Of a stretch of DNA of 64,000 bases, positions 62,142 to 64,000 are shown piece after piece. Source of the stretch: Anaerolineales bacterium (GTDB lineage: Bacteria; Chloroflexota; Anaerolineae; Anaerolineales; UBA11858). Made by a program: the position numbers and the translations under genes. The notes beneath the pieces are model-generated. The model made no database searches and was not told the origin of the DNA. It was given only the letters and a program-made list of their open reading frames with translations. The stretch is taken from the NCBI GenBank assembly GCA_034520505.1, contig JAXHNK010000003.1:22323-86322 (forward strand), read 5' to 3'. Position 1 is the first letter of the stretch. Each line of letters opens with the position of its first letter.

Positions 62142-62824
62142 TGGGCAGCTCCTTGATTACTCCGCAGATCCCGAATAAAACTTCTGGCCAGCTTAACAGC
62201 TCCCAGGGCATGATCCGCAGTTCCATCCGCACCGATATCCCGGGCAAAATCCTCGGATACAGAAGCACCGCCTACCATCACCCGGAAGCGGTCCCTTTCT
62301 CCCATGACCTCTAACAAATTCATCAGATCACGCATAAAAGGCATAGAGGTGGTCAAGAGAGCAGAGCAGGCAATGATCTCAGCATCCACCTCCTGGGCTT
62401 TTTTGACGATTTCTTTGATAGGGACATCTACGCCCAGATCATGGACCTCAAAACCCGAGGCGGACAGCATGGAAGAGACGATGTTTTTCCCTATATCATG
62501 GATATCTGATTTCACCGTAGCCAAAACCACAACCCCGGTATCATCCTGCTGAGCTTCACCGCTGGCATATTCTTCCTTTAATTGAGGCTCAATGACCTCC
62601 ATGGCCGCTTTCAAAGCCCGACCCGTCATCATCAACCGGGGTAAGAAATATTCTCCGGTCTCGAACTTGTCTCCCACAATCTCTGCGCCTTTCATCAATC
62701 CCCCTTGCAGGATGGAAAAAGCGCTGAGATCAGCTTTCAGGGCCCGGCGTGTGAACTCCACAGCCTGTTCTTCATCTCCGGCAACAATGGCTTTTTGCGT
62801 TTGCTGAATCAATTCTTCACTCAT
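62138..62824 (-). CDS. cobalamin-binding corrinoid protein (MtmC/MttC-like)
   Basis: 228 aa. N-terminal helical cap, then a B12-binding Rossmann domain with SDIHDIGKN (DxHxxG), SALLTT (SxL) and MVGGA (GG). Confidence 0.9.
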   Translation of the reverse strand: MSEELIQQTQKAIVAGDEEQAVEFTRRALKADLSAFSILQGGLMKGAEIVGDKFETGEYFLPRLMMTGRALKAAMEVIEPQLKEEYASGEAQQDDTGVVVLATVKSDIHDIGKNIVSSMLSASGFEVHDLGVDVPIKEIVKKAQEVDAEIIACSALLTTSMPFMRDLMNLLEVMGERDRFRVMVGGASVSEDFARDIGADGTADHALGAVKLARSFIRDLRSNQGAAQ

Positions 62825-63009
62825 AAATCGTCCTTTATAATGATTAATTTTTTCCCGGCTGTTTTGGCTAATTTAACCCGGCGCCGGTCCCGGGGATGAC
62901 ATCCGATTTCCCAGAGCGCTCCACCAACATGAAAACGCTAGCTGCACCACTAAACGTAAGCAGTGGAGAGAACATCCGTTTTAGTTTCTACCAATAAAAG
63001 AAAATGGGC

Positions 63010-63726
63010 TTAACGACCCGTCATCTTACGAAGGACATTAAAAGAAAAGTATTCAGGACGATAATATTCATCAGAATACATCAAGGGTTGTTCATCAGCA
63101 TTGAAGGCTGTTTCTTTAAAATAATGGACCGGGATGCCCTGCTCGCACTGCAAATAACGACTGAGTGCTGAGTCCACGACCACGGGCATGATTTCGGTCA
63201 GGTTATGATTCACCTTCTGATGACACCTTTTTTCCAGAAACGTATAAACCGGCCCATAGAGTTCTTCCTCATCGTAGGCGCTGCGGACAAGTTTCGCCGG
63301 AATGTAATCAACGCAGTAAATCACCGGCACATTATCAGCCAAAAAAACATTGGCCGTGCGCAGAACTTCCTCATCACCCAGGTTCAAGGCTGAACCGATG
63401 GCTTCTCCGGGAACGATTAACGATAGTTCTACATGGCGGACATCAGCTGAAAAACCCGAAGTCTCAATCATTTCTACAAAATCCCAAACTTCTTCCAACC
63501 GGGTCCCGATATTGAGGACGCGTTGATTGATAAAGGTTCCCGATCCGTGCTTCCGGAACAAAATCCCCTCCAATTCCAATTCGGCTAATGCCTGTCGGAT
63601 CGTGTTCCTGCTCACCCCCATCTGGCGGGCAAGGGCAGGCTCGGAGGGCAAGCGCCCTTCCGCAAAATCGCCTCCCTCTATCTGGTGTCTCAACTCAGAG
63701 ACAATCTTTTCTACCCTGGACATCAT
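63010..63726 (-). CDS. GntR-family transcriptional regulator, HutC/UTRA subfamily
   Basis: wHTH LPSEPALARQMGVSRNTIRQALAELELEGILFRKHGSGTFI followed by a UTRA-like effector domain. Confidence 0.9.
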   Translation of the reverse strand: MMSRVEKIVSELRHQIEGGDFAEGRLPSEPALARQMGVSRNTIRQALAELELEGILFRKHGSGTFINQRVLNIGTRLEEVWDFVEMIETSGFSADVRHVELSLIVPGEAIGSALNLGDEEVLRTANVFLADNVPVIYCVDYIPAKLVRSAYDEEELYGPVYTFLEKRCHQKVNHNLTEIMPVVVDSALSRYLQCEQGIPVHYFKETAFNADEQPLMYSDEYYRPEYFSFNVLRKMTGR

Positions 63727-64000
63727 TCCCCGCCTAGTTGTCTAACATCTTATAAAGTTGTCTTTCATCTTCTCTTTTTATATCAAAACCTGGGAATTTT
63801 TCAACAACGAAGGCCGAAAACAAGCCCAAATCCACCCTTTTAAGAAGAAAATCACCCCCGGGACATACGCCCTGTCGCCAGCGCTCCTTACCTCTTAAAC
63901 CGATGCTTGAATCTTAGATCGCTCACCAAGATCCAAACTTTATGATCCGGTTTAAGTGTCAAAATCAAACCAGGAATAAGCTCCTGGTCACAAAAGGGAA

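Noticed and set aside
61386-62156. Long antisense or shadow ORFs inside high-GC genes (for example 61386-62156, 48732-49385, 27073-27780, 13699-14124, 38949-39500)
   Set aside because: These are typical stop-poor alternative frames of GC-rich coding DNA. Their translations are Arg/Pro/Gly-rich with no motifs, while the opposite or other frame has clear family signatures.
62825-63009. Cobalamin riboswitch in front of the corrinoid-protein operon
   Set aside because: I read the minus strand for the cobalamin core motifs. Only a chance CTCCACTGC was seen, with no supporting helices.
1-64000. HIP1-like enrichment of CGATCG/GCGATCGC palindromes
   Set aside because: My by-eye count of CGATCG (about 18) is close to the ~20 expected from base composition. 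Only the longer CCGATCGG pairs at two intergenic sites looked non-random, and those are reported separately.

Overview
64-kb bacterial chromosomal window. GC is about 55-60% in the 60-nt lines I hand-counted. Gene content looks Chloroflexota/Terrabacteria-like, but that is only a guess. Coding is dense and mostly in minus-strand operons.

Main blocks:
1. 0-7.3 kb: a 5'-partial HlyD-type adaptor, then one long minus-strand operon. Its order is tatC (3' fragment only), tatA, a structured leader resembling a Moco riboswitch with its own intrinsic terminator, an ECF importer (fused ATPase, S component, SUOX-fold-like lipoprotein, T component), mobB, moeA and a 64-aa ORF.
2. 7.3-13.3 kb: a sharply low-GC segment (about 32-43% in sampled lines). 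It encodes a Tat-exported three-subunit Psr/Phs/Ttr-type molybdoenzyme in ttrBCA-like order and abuts the truncated tatC.
3. 13.3-20.2 kb: an exported protein, a LysE-type and an MFS transporter, an ArsR/SmtB repressor with a P1B-type metal ATPase, and a membrane protein.
4. 20.2-26.1 kb: an eight-gene operon built from an MglA-type small GTPase, Roadblock/LC7 proteins, PATAN (DUF4388) proteins, a HAMP-only membrane sensor and a REC-PATAN-Roadblock fusion.
5. 26.9-44.3 kb: a NarL-type two-component pair and assorted housekeeping or envelope genes. These are TauE (frameshifted), a DMT transporter, an aldo/keto reductase, an HtrA-like protease, DsbA, a cupredoxin, an L,D-transpeptidase, GGDEF, DegV, a PQQ sugar dehydrogenase (frameshifted) and anchored MsrAB.
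6. 44.5-47.9 kb: a mobile-element graveyard next to tRNA-Met and tRNA-Gly. A 35-nt direct repeat of the tRNA-Met 3' end brackets an approximately 2-kb islet. The islet carries an integrase relic and an HD-GYP protein with 11 tandem 63-bp (21-aa) repeats. Relics of a DDE transposase and an IS3 orfA follow.
7. 48-57 kb: a membrane protein, an LLM oxidoreductase, a Liv-type ABC transporter and an alanine-aminotransferase-like enzyme, at intermediate GC.
8. 57.4-63.8 kb: the best candidate for an uncharacterised system. A GntR/HutC regulator precedes an operon of corrinoid protein, a pyrrolysine-free MtmB-type methyltransferase and a dedicated ECF importer (S, A, A', T).

No rRNA genes or CRISPR arrays were seen. 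All family calls come from motif recognition by eye, and none has been checked by a database search.
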